Source: Alphaproteobacteria bacterium UBA3864
GTDB taxonomy: Bacteria > Pseudomonadota > Alphaproteobacteria > CAAGCB01 > CAG-977
Assembly (NCBI GenBank): GCA_002393065.1
Contig: DGGW01000066.1
Span: 435 to 64,434, forward strand
Reading direction: 5' to 3'
DNA: 64,000 nt
Shown here: positions 37,091 through 47,095 of the stretch, piece after piece
Numbering within the stretch: the first letter of the stretch is position 1
Layout of the letters: the number at the start of each line of letters is the position of its first letter
Translations under genes and position numbers: made by a program
The notes under the pieces: model-generated
What the model saw: the letters and a program-made list of their open reading frames with translations, nothing else
Told to the model about the DNA's origin: nothing
The model's database searches: none

Positions 37091-37094
37091 CGGG

Positions 37095-38411
37095 TCAGTC
37101 CTTTAAAGTGGTCAGCTTTTCGGTGTAAAGGGATTCGAACAGGAATACCAGAACGTCGGGTTTGAAGTCGAGGATCTCGTCTTTGAACCGCGACAGGGCG
37201 AGTTCGTCGTTCCGGGGCGTGTTGCACCGGATCTTCTTCGTTTCCCTGAACGTGTACGCGAAAAACGACGCGAAGTTTTCGGTGAACGAATTGCCGATGA
37301 GCATGGCCTTCAGTTTGTTTTTCGCCTTCGGATATTTGAAAATCTTGTCGGCGTCCCTGTAAAGGACGGAAGTGACGTCCTTTTCGTTTTTGAACGTGTA
37401 GTTCTTATACTTCGTCGCCGGATCGACGCATTTCTTTTCGGGCAGGTTCAGTTGTTTGCAGGTCTGCCCTTTCCAGAATTTCCGTTCGACCTCCGCGCGG
37501 ACGTTGTCCGTGTAAAAAACGTCGTAGTCGTCTTCGGAAACGGGAACGAGAGCGGGAAAATCCTTCGCCATTTCCCGCATCAAGGCCCGATAGCCGGCAT
37601 ACGCGCCCCATTCCGTCCAATGGTGGTCGGTTTTGAAATAGACGAAATCCTTTTCGTCGGCCTTTTGCATCTCGTCATACGGGAAAACGATCGGGAAAAC
37701 GTCTTTGACGGCGTCGATGACGGTCAGCGCGACGTCGGGGCTTTTGACTTTGAAAATCTGGTTTTTCGCGAAGTCGATCTTGCGCGGGACGATTTCGATA
37801 TAGCACTTGATTTTGTTTTCGCGGCAGAACGCCTTGTATTTTTCGATCCCCTGCCGGACGGCGTCCAATTCCGCCGGTTTGAATTTCTTCTGCCGCGTTT
37901 CCGTCGCGGTGAACTGCCACCCGTCGCGGCCGGTGAAAGCCTTGTTGTTCGACACATATCGGTCGAAGGTCTTCAAGCGCGCGTGCAGATGAATCAGATT
38001 GCGCCGCAGGGCGAAGCGGTCGGAAAACCAGCTGTTGAACCCTTCGCCGAATTTCGTGTTGAGCGTTCCGTTCTCAAACAGGGCGGGAAACGGCGCCAGC
38101 ATGCGGTTTTCCTGCTGCGACCGGTCGGCTTTGTTGATTTTCATCATCGGGACGAACAGGAAAACGAAGAACAGGCAAAGATAAACGACGTCGGCAAGCG
38201 GTCTGCGTCCGACCGTCTTGAACGACGCGGCGTAAGAAACCGCCTTGCGGATCAGCAGATAAGTCGGCAGCGCGCACGCCGTCAGCAAAACGACGCTGAT
38301 TTTTCCGCCGGCCTGCAGATACAGCGGCTTTTCGCCGAAAACGGCGGCGGCGGACAGGAGCAGGGAAGCGGCTTCCCCTCGCAGGAATTTGAATAAAGAC
38401 ATTAAAAGCAC
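37095..38411 (-). CDS. DHHW-family protein, partner of the MBOAT acyltransferase.
   Basis: Signature FKTDHHWTEWGAYAGY. N-terminal TM. It sits immediately upstream of the MBOAT gene in the same operon. Confidence 0.75.
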   Translation of the reverse strand: MLLMSLFKFLRGEAASLLLSAAAVFGEKPLYLQAGGKISVVLLTACALPTYLLIRKAVSYAASFKTVGRRPLADVVYLCLFFVFLFVPMMKINKADRSQQENRMLAPFPALFENGTLNTKFGEGFNSWFSDRFALRRNLIHLHARLKTFDRYVSNNKAFTGRDGWQFTATETRQKKFKPAELDAVRQGIEKYKAFCRENKIKCYIEIVPRKIDFAKNQIFKVKSPDVALTVIDAVKDVFPIVFPYDEMQKADEKDFVYFKTDHHWTEWGAYAGYRALMREMAKDFPALVPVSEDDYDVFYTDNVRAEVERKFWKGQTCKQLNLPEKKCVDPATKYKNYTFKNEKDVTSVLYRDADKIFKYPKAKNKLKAMLIGNSFTENFASFFAYTFRETKKIRCNTPRNDELALSRFKDEILDFKPDVLVFLFESLYTEKLTTLKD

Positions 38412-38524
38412 ACCCGAAAATCGGAAAACACGCGCGGAGTATAAATCCTTTTGCTTTTTCGTACAAGTGACGGCTTGTCCTTTTTTTCCGAAAGGGGTAA
38501 AACGGTCGGAAAGAGGAGGACGGA

Positions 38525-38734
38525 ATGACCCCGAACGAGATTGAAGAACGCTTTGTCGAATTGGAAACGATCGTCGCCGAACACGAACGCACGATCAGGG
38601 ACCTGAACGATATTGTCGCAGCGCAGGCGCGCACTGTCGACCGGCTGGAACGCGATCTGGAAGTCCTGATCCGCCTTTCGGACAACGCGGGCGTCAAGCC
38701 GTTGTCCGAGGAAACGCCGCCGCCGCATTATTGA
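38525..38734 (+). CDS. slyX: SlyX-family protein.
   Basis: 69-aa coiled coil IEERFVELETIVAEHERTIRDLNDIVAAQARTVDRLERDLEVL, typical of SlyX. Confidence 0.7.
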   Translation: MTPNEIEERFVELETIVAEHERTIRDLNDIVAAQARTVDRLERDLEVLIRLSDNAGVKPLSEETPPPHY

Positions 38735-38738
38735 GGGC

Positions 38739-40082
38739 TTATTTGCCGGCGACGGACATTCCCCTCAACCGCAAAGTCGGCGCGTTGACGGCGTGAAGCC
38801 GCGGGTCGATGTCGTTCGCGGCCCACATATTTTTAAACATTTCCGTTAAATTTCCGGCGACCGTGACTTCGGAAACCGGCGTTGTGATTTTGCTGTTTTC
38901 GATCAGGAATCCCGCCGCGCCGCGGCTGTAATCGCCGTTGATCAGATTGACGCCTTGTCCGAACAGGTTGGTGACGTACAGCCCGCGTTTGATGTCGGCG
39001 ATCAGTTCGTCGGGCGAAACCGAACCGCCTTCCAAAAACAAATTGGACGGGGAGGGATGCGGTGTTCCGCCCAGTCCCCGGGAAGCATGTCCCGTCGGTT
39101 TGAGCCCCAACTGCCGCGCCGAGCGCAGGTCCAGCAGCCACGTCGTTAAAACGCCGTTGTCGACAAGCGCGCGTTCTGCGGTCGGGATTCCTTCCGCGTC
39201 GCACGACCGCGACGCCGGGCCGCGCCGGACGAAGGGGCGTTCAATGACGGATAACGTTTCTGGGAAAATTTGCGTGTTCAGGGAATCCTTTAAAAACGAC
39301 GTGCCGCGCGCGACGGCCGCACCGTTGATCGCGGATGTCAGAGCGCCGACGAGTCCCCGTGAAAGTCTGGGTTCGAAAACGACGTCCATCGTTTCGGATT
39401 CGATTTTCTTCGCGCCCAGTCGGCGCACGGCGCGGTTCGCCGCGTTCCGTCCGATGTTTTCCGGCGTGTCCAGATCTGAAAAATAAACGGCGGAGGAATA
39501 ATCGTAATCGACTTCCTTTTCATCCGTTCCGGCGACGACGGAGACGGAAAAACCGCATGACGACCGTTCGAAGCGCCGTGAAAATCCCGTCGTCGAAGCC
39601 GTGGTGACGAACGAGCGTTCAAAAGCGGCTTCCGCGCCGTCCGAATTGGTGACGCCTTTGACGTTCAAAGCGGCGTCTTCGGCTTTTAAGGCGGCGGTCA
39701 GCAGTTCGTCCGTCGAGCGATCGACCGGATCGCACAAGTCCATGTCTTTAAATTCCCGCGCCTGTTCGGACGGATCGGCCAGTCCGCAAAACGGGTCTTC
39801 CGGAACGGCTTTCGCCATTTCGACGGCGTGCTTCGCCAAATCGGACAAAGTCGCCGTGTCCAGAACGGACGAAGCGACGACGGCCTGTCTGTGTCCGACA
39901 AAAACGCGCAGATCGGCGGCGGCCGTTTGCGATTGTTCCAACGATTCCGTTTTGCCCAAACGACACCCCGCCGAAACGGACAAGCTGGAAACGCCGCGGG
40001 ATTCGGCGCCATCCGCGCCGTTCTTTTTCGCTTGTTCGATCAAAAAGACGACGGCGTCTGCGGGAGAGAGAGTTTCTGTCAT
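38739..40082 (-). CDS. pmbA: TldD/PmbA-family metalloprotease (PmbA/TldE-like).
   Basis: Length 447 aa. C-terminal conserved region (GDYSRGAAGFLIENSKITTPVSEVTVAGN). Confidence 0.8.
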   Translation of the reverse strand: MTETLSPADAVVFLIEQAKKNGADGAESRGVSSLSVSAGCRLGKTESLEQSQTAAADLRVFVGHRQAVVASSVLDTATLSDLAKHAVEMAKAVPEDPFCGLADPSEQAREFKDMDLCDPVDRSTDELLTAALKAEDAALNVKGVTNSDGAEAAFERSFVTTASTTGFSRRFERSSCGFSVSVVAGTDEKEVDYDYSSAVYFSDLDTPENIGRNAANRAVRRLGAKKIESETMDVVFEPRLSRGLVGALTSAINGAAVARGTSFLKDSLNTQIFPETLSVIERPFVRRGPASRSCDAEGIPTAERALVDNGVLTTWLLDLRSARQLGLKPTGHASRGLGGTPHPSPSNLFLEGGSVSPDELIADIKRGLYVTNLFGQGVNLINGDYSRGAAGFLIENSKITTPVSEVTVAGNLTEMFKNMWAANDIDPRLHAVNAPTLRLRGMSVAGK

Positions 40083-40828
40083 TTATATTTCCTTACCAAC
40101 GGAATGAAGATCGTGTTTTCGAAAACGGGGGACGTTTGCGGTAAAATCATAACGCGGCCGTTCGCTTTTTGCGAATAAAAGTCGTATCCCGCCAGAATGC
40201 GGGTCCCGTCCTGCGAAACGGCCAGAACGAATTGTTCGCCGTTGACCGTCGCCGCTTTTTTCGGTTCGATCTTGCCGACGGCCAATCCGATGCAGAACCC
40301 CGTCAGCGTGATGACGATGACGGACGCGGCCGCCGTAAACGTGTGGGCGACGGGGCTTGTTCGCGCCGTCAGCCGCGGCAGCATTCCGCAACAGAATAAA
40401 AACAGGATGAAAAAGACTTCGCTGGGAACGATTTTCATTCTGACGTACAAAATGACGACGCAACACGAATAAATCGCCAGCGTCATCGCCGCCAGAAGCG
40501 AAAAGAAGTAATCGCAGCTTATCGCCCGGTTAGAACGGATGTTGCGTTTATTCGGCGTTAAATACGTCCTTTGCAGAAAAGCGGCCGTCGTCGCCGCCAA
40601 AAACAGCAGACAGGCCGTCCAGAAAACGGAAACGGGCTGCATTTCTATCAGGGAAATCGGAATCTTGTACGAATAAAAGCGTCCGGCCGTGAACGAAAAA
40701 TACAGTAAAGACGACAGGCAAACACCGAAAACGGCGGCTAAAAACGTTTCGTAAGGCGACAGAAAATTTTTCCGCGTCTCGGTTTTATCGGGTTCGGCCT
40801 CGTCATTTTTTTTGGGGAACAAAGCCAT
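40079..40828 (-). CDS. Hypothetical membrane protein, 4-bp overlap with pmbA.
   Basis: About six hydrophobic segments. No motif. Confidence 0.45.
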   Translation of the reverse strand: MALFPKKNDEAEPDKTETRKNFLSPYETFLAAVFGVCLSSLLYFSFTAGRFYSYKIPISLIEMQPVSVFWTACLLFLAATTAAFLQRTYLTPNKRNIRSNRAISCDYFFSLLAAMTLAIYSCCVVILYVRMKIVPSEVFFILFLFCCGMLPRLTARTSPVAHTFTAAASVIVITLTGFCIGLAVGKIEPKKAATVNGEQFVLAVSQDGTRILAGYDFYSQKANGRVMILPQTSPVFENTIFIPLVRKYK

Positions 40829-40981
40829 GGCGGAACCTCCTTCAAACAGGTTAAGTTAAAGAAATTTAACACAAAAAAGGTTTAAACGGAGTTAAAACGG
40901 TTTTGACGCCAAAAGCGTTTTGACTTGGCCGGAAGGACGCTTTATACTGGGCAGCGGCGATAACGGGGGAGGATTTTTTTC

Positions 40982-42721
40982 GTGGCCGAGATCATATCAT
41001 CGGAATCCGTGACTTTGACGGCGGCGGAATTAAACAGACTGTTCCAAATCGGCATTGACATGTCGGCGGAACAGGATACGGACGTGCTGTTGGAAAAAAT
41101 ACTGACGGCCGCGCGGGAGTTCACCAACGCCGAAGGCGGAACCCTTTATCTGAAAGACGGCGAACACAATCGCCTGATTTTTTCCATCGTTCAAAACGAC
41201 AAGCTCGGCGTGAAGATGGGCGGTACGGCCGAAAAAAAGGAAATCCCGTTCCCTCCGCTTTATCTGTACCATCCGGACACCGGCGAACCGAATATGTCCA
41301 ACATCGCCACCTACGCCGCGCTGACCGAGGAAGTCGTCAACGTCAAAGACGCTTACGATACCGAAAAATTCGATTTTTCCGGCACGAAAAAGTTTGATGA
41401 AAAGTCGGGATATCGGTCGATGTCCTTTCTGACCGTTCCGCTGAAATCCCGTTCCGGTCCCGTCATCGCCGTTTTGCAACTGATCAACGCCCGTTCGCCC
41501 GAAGGCGAAACCATCCCGTTCCTGCCGTCCGTTCAAAAGCTGGTCGAAGCGCTGGCGTCACAGGCCGCCGTCGCCGTCGATAACAGCCAATTGCTGAAAT
41601 CGCAACGCAACGTGTTGGAATCCTTTTTGGAAATCATCGCCCGCGCCATCGACGAAAAGTCGCCGTATTCGGGCGCCCATTGCCAGCGCGTCCCCGTCAT
41701 CGCCCGTATGCTCGCGATGGCCGCCGTCATGGATTCGGAGGGCGCGTTCGGCGATTTCGAGCTGACCGATAACGATTGGTACGCTTTCCATTTGGCGTCG
41801 TGGTTGCACGACAGCGGAAAGGTCGTAACGCCCGAATACGTGCTGGATAAGGCGACAAAGCTGGAATGTATCACAAACAGAATCCATGAAATCCGTGCCC
41901 GTTTCGAAATTTTATGGCGCGACGCCCATATAGATTACCTGAAAAAGCGGCTGGCCGGTGTCGGCGATCAGAAAGACCTGCTGGCGGAATTCAACGCCAA
42001 AATCAAAAAGCTGGAGGACGATTTCGCGTTTTTGGCCGAATCGAACGTCGGCTATACCGGTTTGGCGGAAGACGATATTGGTCGGATCCAGAAAATCGCG
42101 CAAAAAACGTATTATCGCCATTTCGACAAGACTCTCGGTTTGTCCTGGGACGAAAAGCGCCGGTTGGGCGACCGTCTTCCCCCGAAAACAAATCCGAAGG
42201 AACCGTTGCTGGAAGACCGCCCCGATCATATCTTCGGCGGCTACAACCGCGGCGAAATCCATAACTTGTCCGTCATTCAGGGGACTCTGACGGCGGAAGA
42301 AGCCAAAGTCATCAACGCTCACGTCGATAAAACGATAGAAATGCTGCAGTCGATTCCCTTCCCGGAATCGATCAAAAACGTCGTCGAATATGCCGCCTGT
42401 CATCACGAACACATGGACGGGACGGGATTCCCGAACCACCTGAAACGCGATCAAATGTCCGTTCCCGCCAGAATTTTGGGCGTTGCCGATGTTTTTGAAG
42501 CTTTGTCTTCGACCGACCGCCCGTATAAAAAAATCAAAACGCTGTCGCAAATCGTCGCGATCATGTCCGATATGGCCAAAAGCGGTCATTTGGATCCGGA
42601 CCTGTTCAACCTGCTGCTGACGTCGGGCGTTTATCGCGAATACGCGGACGAATACATGAAGCCGGAACAGATCGACGATTTCGATGTCGAGCCGTATTTG
42701 GTTCACGGGACGGACGACTGA
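40982..42721 (+). CDS. GAF-domain HD-GYP-type phosphohydrolase (probable c-di-GMP phosphodiesterase).
   Basis: GTG start with SD GGGAGG. N-terminal GAF domain. HD (HCQRV...WLHDSGK). HD-GYP-class motif HHEHMDGTGFP. Confidence 0.8.
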   Translation: MAEIISSESVTLTAAELNRLFQIGIDMSAEQDTDVLLEKILTAAREFTNAEGGTLYLKDGEHNRLIFSIVQNDKLGVKMGGTAEKKEIPFPPLYLYHPDTGEPNMSNIATYAALTEEVVNVKDAYDTEKFDFSGTKKFDEKSGYRSMSFLTVPLKSRSGPVIAVLQLINARSPEGETIPFLPSVQKLVEALASQAAVAVDNSQLLKSQRNVLESFLEIIARAIDEKSPYSGAHCQRVPVIARMLAMAAVMDSEGAFGDFELTDNDWYAFHLASWLHDSGKVVTPEYVLDKATKLECITNRIHEIRARFEILWRDAHIDYLKKRLAGVGDQKDLLAEFNAKIKKLEDDFAFLAESNVGYTGLAEDDIGRIQKIAQKTYYRHFDKTLGLSWDEKRRLGDRLPPKTNPKEPLLEDRPDHIFGGYNRGEIHNLSVIQGTLTAEEAKVINAHVDKTIEMLQSIPFPESIKNVVEYAACHHEHMDGTGFPNHLKRDQMSVPARILGVADVFEALSSTDRPYKKIKTLSQIVAIMSDMAKSGHLDPDLFNLLLTSGVYREYADEYMKPEQIDDFDVEPYLVHGTDD

Positions 42722-43425
42722 TGCAGATCAGACTTTTTGTGCAAACGCCGCTGGCCGTCGGTCAAACGGTTTCGCTGACGGAAGGACAGGCGCATTATTT
42801 GCGTGACGTCTTACGCGCAGAAATCGGGGCGGAGTTATACGTCTTTGACGGCGAAAACGGCGAATTTTCGGCCGTGTTGTCCCGATTGTCCAAGAAAGCG
42901 GCGGAAATTCAGATATGCCGGCAACTGCGGGAACAACCGCCCCGCGCGGAAATCGTTTTATATTTTTCGCCGCTCAAGCGCGACTGCATTGATTGGGTCG
43001 TCGAAAAAGCGACGGAACTGGGCGCGACGCGCATCGTTCCAGTCATAACGGAATACACCGCCGTCAAGCGTGTCAATACCGACCGTTTGCGCGCCATCGC
43101 GATCGAAGCGTGCGAACAGTGCCGCCGTCTGGACGTTCCGGAAATCGGCGAACCGGTCGCCTTAGCGGATGTTCTGGCGCGGCAGGGCGACGACGCCCCC
43201 GTGCTGTTCCATTTGGATGAAACGGGACGCGGCGCCAAAGCGGGCGAGTTGTTTAAAACGTTGTCCCGCGCCGCTTTTCTGGTCGGTCCGGAAGGCGGCT
43301 TTTCAGAAAGGGAAAGGGGCGTTATCGCTCAAACGCCGAACACGGTCGGGCTGGACCTCGGCCCGCGAATCTTGCGCGCGGAAACGGCCTGCGTCGCCGC
43401 GTTATCGTTGTTCAACTGTCGTTGA
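42721..43425 (+). CDS. rsmE: 16S rRNA (uracil1498-N3)-methyltransferase.
   Basis: MQIRLFV...GQTVSLTEGQAHYLRDVLR. SPOUT C-terminus GPEGGFSERE. Start overlaps the HD-GYP stop (TGATG). Confidence 0.85.
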   Translation: MQIRLFVQTPLAVGQTVSLTEGQAHYLRDVLRAEIGAELYVFDGENGEFSAVLSRLSKKAAEIQICRQLREQPPRAEIVLYFSPLKRDCIDWVVEKATELGATRIVPVITEYTAVKRVNTDRLRAIAIEACEQCRRLDVPEIGEPVALADVLARQGDDAPVLFHLDETGRGAKAGELFKTLSRAAFLVGPEGGFSERERGVIAQTPNTVGLDLGPRILRAETACVAALSLFNCR

Positions 43426-43435
43426 AGACGGATAA

Positions 43436-43470
43436 AAAAAAGCCCGCCGAAGCGGGCTTTTTCATTATTC
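43436..43470. terminator. Bidirectional intrinsic terminator between convergent rsmE and the dsbA-like gene.
   Basis: aaaaaaaGCCCGCcgaaGCGGGCttttt: a GC stem flanked by an A-run and a T-run. Confidence 0.7.
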
Positions 43471-43477
43471 GGTAAAA

Positions 43478-44218
43478 TTATTTTTCGTTGGACGCCTTGA
43501 CGGCTTCATCCAAACCTTCGCCGATCAGGGCGCCCGGATGAATCTTGCCGTCGACGATCAACATCGGAACGCCGTTCAGATTCAGAGAAGACGAAATCTT
43601 TCTGTTGGCGGCGATCTTATCTTTCGCAGCCTGATTGTTGGCGTCGGCTTTCAGTTTTTCGATGTTCAGACCAAGCTTTTCACCGATGGCGATCAAGCCT
43701 TCTTCGTCCAGCTTGTCTTCGGTCGTTTCGGCGATTTCAAAGAATTCTTTGAACTTGCCCTGCTTCTGCGCGGCCATGCCGTAGCGGGCGATCCGTTCGG
43801 AATCCGGTCCGAAAATGGGGTTGTCCATCAGGATCCAACGAATGTTCGGCGCGTCTTTCAGCTTGGCAAGCATTTCGTTGTTCGTGCGTTTGCACCAGCC
43901 GCACTGATAATCGAAGAATTCGATGATCACATATTTGCCTTTTTTGTTGCCGAGGACGTGATTCGTTTTGTCCTTCAAAATCTGTTTGATCAAAGCGGCA
44001 GGCGCTTCGGCCGGCGGTTCGGGGCGCTGGGGTTCGGCGGCGGGTTCGGCAGGTTTCGCGGCGAACATTTCGGGGTTGTTGCGAACGAACGCGGCGATTT
44101 CGGCCGATATGTCCTTGTCCGCGCCTTTGCACGGGCAACCTTTCATGACATAAACGTGCGAGCCGGCCAGCAAAGCGCAACCGATGACGATGGAAGCGGG
44201 AAGTGATAATTCTTTCAT
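43478..44218 (-). CDS. DsbA-family thiol:disulfide oxidoreductase.
   Basis: Thioredoxin active site CGWC. Signal peptide from the ATG at 44218 (MKELSLPASIVIGCALLAG) with SD GAGAGG. Confidence 0.7.
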   Translation of the reverse strand: MKELSLPASIVIGCALLAGSHVYVMKGCPCKGADKDISAEIAAFVRNNPEMFAAKPAEPAAEPQRPEPPAEAPAALIKQILKDKTNHVLGNKKGKYVIIEFFDYQCGWCKRTNNEMLAKLKDAPNIRWILMDNPIFGPDSERIARYGMAAQKQGKFKEFFEIAETTEDKLDEEGLIAIGEKLGLNIEKLKADANNQAAKDKIAANRKISSSLNLNGVPMLIVDGKIHPGALIGEGLDEAVKASNEK

Positions 44219-44365
44219 GTTTTTCCTCTCACAAATGCATTTAACCAAGCCATGTTGTTCAGTAAACGAAAACGGTCATGGCAGATAATTCTGCTAACGG
44301 AAAAAGTTTAGAGTTTTTTTTCCCGAAAATCAAGAGGTTTAGTAGAGATTAGCCGACGGCTTTCC

Positions 44366-44403
44366 GTAAAAAAGGGGAAAACCCGAAAGCTTTCCCCTTT
44401 TCC
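44366..44403 (-). terminator. Rho-independent terminator of rpsA.
   Basis: Minus-strand GGGGAAAGCTTTCGGGTTTTCCCCTTTTTT. Confidence 0.7.
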
Positions 44404-44419
44404 GAAACATAAGGAAGTA

Positions 44420-46123
44420 TTACTTCTTTTCGGCTTCTTTCTTGGCAATCGCGGCGCCCAGAATATCGCCCAGAGAAGCACCCGAATCGGTCGAACCGTA
44501 TTCGGACAGAGCTTCTTTTTCCTCGTCGATTTCGCGCGCTTTGACGGACAAGGAGATCTTGCGCGTCTTGGCGTCAATCGCGGTGACCTTCGCATCGACT
44601 TTGTCGCCGACGGCGAAGCGTTCCGGACGCTGTTCCAAACGGTCGCGGGACAGATCGGCTTTGCGGATAAAGCCTTTCGCGCCGTTGATGTCGACTTCGA
44701 TGCCGTTGTCGGCGATCGCGGAAACGACGGCCGTAACGACGGCGCCTTTCTTGACTTCCTGCGTCGCGCCTTCGAACGGATCGGAGGTCAGCTGTTTGAT
44801 GCCCAGAGAGATGCGTTCTTTTTCAACATCGACATCCAACACTTTCGCTTTGACGACGTCGCCCTTCTTGTAGTCCTTGACGGCTTCTTCGCCGGCTTTG
44901 TCCCAAGACAGGTCGGACAGGTGGACCATGCCGTCGATGTCGCCGTTCAGGCCGACAAACAGGCCGAATTCCGTGATGTTGCGGATTTCGCCTTCGATGA
45001 CGGATCCCGCCGGATGCGATTCGGCGAAGGATTCCCACGGATTGGCCAGGCACTGTTTCAGACCCAGAGAAATGCGGCGTTTCTGAGAATCGACTTCCAA
45101 CACCTGCACTTCGACTTCCTGCGACGTGGAAACGATCTTGCCCGGATGGACGTTTTTCTTGGTCCAGCTCATTTCGGAAACGTGGACAAGGCCTTCGACG
45201 CCCTGTTCCAGTTCGATGAACGCGCCGTAATCGGTGATGTTCGTCACGCGGCCGGTCAGCTTCATGCCGATCGGATACTTGGCTTCGACGCCCGTCCACG
45301 GATCGGCTTCGAGCTGTTTCATGCCGAGGCTGATGCGCTGCGTTTCGGGGTTGAAGCGGATGATCTGCACCTTGACGGGCTGACCGATGGTCAGGACTTC
45401 GGACGGGTGGTTGACGCGCTTCCAAGAAATGTCGGTCACGTGCAACAGGCCGTCGACGCCGCCCAAATCGATGAATGCGCCGTAATCGGTGATGTTCTTG
45501 ACGACGCCGTCAAGGATCTGCCCTTCGGACAGGTTCTTGATCAGTTCGGAACGCTGTTCGACGCGGGTTTCCTCCAGAACGGCGCGGCGGGAAACGACGA
45601 TGTTTCCGCGGGCGCGGTCCATTTTCAAAATCTGGAACGGCTGCGGGTTGCCCATCAGCGGGGTGACGTCGCGCACGGGGCGGATATCGACCTGCGAACC
45701 GGGCAAGAACGCGATGGCGCCCGACAGGTCGACGGTGAAGCCGCCTTTGACGCGGCCGAAGATGACGCCGTTGACGCGTTCGTTGTTGTTCAGCGCTTTT
45801 TCCAATTCGTTCCAGGCTTCTTCGCGGCGGGCTTTTTCACGGGACAGAACGACCATGCCGTCCTTGTCTTCGTAGCGGTCGATGAAGACATCGACTTTGT
45901 CGCCGACTTTCATTTCGGCGTTGAAGCCGAATTCGCGGCGCGCGATGCGGCCTTCGGATTTCAGACCGACGTCAATCGTGACGAAATCGTCGGACAGAGC
46001 GACGATCGTTCCTTTGACGACGGATCCTTCCAATCCGTTGTCTTCGCCGTAGATTTCATTGAACAGATCGGCGAAATTTTCTTTCATGGCCGGGATTTCG
46101 GCGGCCGGATTTTTTGTACTCAT
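44420..46123 (-). CDS. rpsA: 30S ribosomal protein S1.
   Basis: Six S1 domains. 567 aa. Unmistakable homology (FNEIYGE..., GxV repeats). Confidence 0.95.
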   Translation of the reverse strand: MSTKNPAAEIPAMKENFADLFNEIYGEDNGLEGSVVKGTIVALSDDFVTIDVGLKSEGRIARREFGFNAEMKVGDKVDVFIDRYEDKDGMVVLSREKARREEAWNELEKALNNNERVNGVIFGRVKGGFTVDLSGAIAFLPGSQVDIRPVRDVTPLMGNPQPFQILKMDRARGNIVVSRRAVLEETRVEQRSELIKNLSEGQILDGVVKNITDYGAFIDLGGVDGLLHVTDISWKRVNHPSEVLTIGQPVKVQIIRFNPETQRISLGMKQLEADPWTGVEAKYPIGMKLTGRVTNITDYGAFIELEQGVEGLVHVSEMSWTKKNVHPGKIVSTSQEVEVQVLEVDSQKRRISLGLKQCLANPWESFAESHPAGSVIEGEIRNITEFGLFVGLNGDIDGMVHLSDLSWDKAGEEAVKDYKKGDVVKAKVLDVDVEKERISLGIKQLTSDPFEGATQEVKKGAVVTAVVSAIADNGIEVDINGAKGFIRKADLSRDRLEQRPERFAVGDKVDAKVTAIDAKTRKISLSVKAREIDEEKEALSEYGSTDSGASLGDILGAAIAKKEAEKK

Positions 46124-46264
46124 TTAAAAACTTCCTTCAAAAACTTTATTCATGCCTTCCGGTTGGATCCGGAGGTCTGCGCGGATCAAGACCTGTACGG
46201 AATCGCCCGCGTCCGCGGTTCCGTTCAGCCCTTATAGAGGAAAAACGCCTTTTTTGCAAGGATT

Positions 46265-46756
46265 TTATGCCGGTTTTATCGCTTTCCACGCTTTTATTTT
46301 GTCGGCGAAAGTCAGCCGCGCGTTCGCGGGCGACGTCGACGGCAGGGGAACAAGCGTCAGTTTTTGAACGAAAGCTTTGTTTTTAAACGCCGTCATAAAG
46401 CTTTGATACGCTTTGTTGCCGTTGAAATACAACGCCGTGATGTTCGGATGAAGTTTCAGAAAAGATTCGAAATCGTTGGCGACGGCGTTGCGGATGTCGG
46501 AATCAAGGCTGCCGTCGCGGTCGCAGGACGCGAACACGTCCCATAGACCGACGCCGTTTTTCAACAGAAGGGACAATTTTGCGTCGTAGCTTTCGAACGG
46601 GTACGTCGCCCCGAACAGTTCCGCGGCGATTTTCCAGAAAGCGTTGCGCGGATGGGCGTAATACTGGTGCGCCTTCAGCGACGCCTCCCCCGGCATCGAT
46701 CCGATGATCATTCGGGCGGTCCGTTCGTCGGCGACGGCGGGAAAACATACGGGCAT
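46265..46756 (-). CDS. DNA-deoxyinosine (hypoxanthine) glycosylase, UDG-superfamily.
   Basis: MIIGSMPGEASL...YYAHPRNAFW motifs of the TIGR04274-type family. 163 aa. Confidence 0.7.
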   Translation of the reverse strand: MPVCFPAVADERTARMIIGSMPGEASLKAHQYYAHPRNAFWKIAAELFGATYPFESYDAKLSLLLKNGVGLWDVFASCDRDGSLDSDIRNAVANDFESFLKLHPNITALYFNGNKAYQSFMTAFKNKAFVQKLTLVPLPSTSPANARLTFADKIKAWKAIKPA

Positions 46757-47095
46757 GAAAATCGCTCCTTTCGGGAAAGATTGTATCGGAACGGCCCGTT
46801 TTTTTGCAAGACGGATATTTCCTTTCTTTTTTATCGGAAGTTTGATAAACTCTTATTGTCTTCGGAAGCGAAGACAAGGGCGTCAGAAACCCTTTCAATA
46901 GTAGTCGCATGGTGTATGGCGACTCATAAATTATGCGCCGATTTCCCAACCGTAAAGGGCGGGTGTCGGCGTCTATAAGGCTATGCGCGAAAAACGCCGA
47001 GCCGTCTTTACTATTGAACGGTTTCTGAACACTCCGCCCACCTTTTTTCAAGGTGGGTTTTGTTCTGTACGAGGTTTTATAGGAGAGTTCAGAGA

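Noticed and set aside
44921-46237. 438-aa plus-strand ORF
   Set aside because: It is antisense to rpsA.
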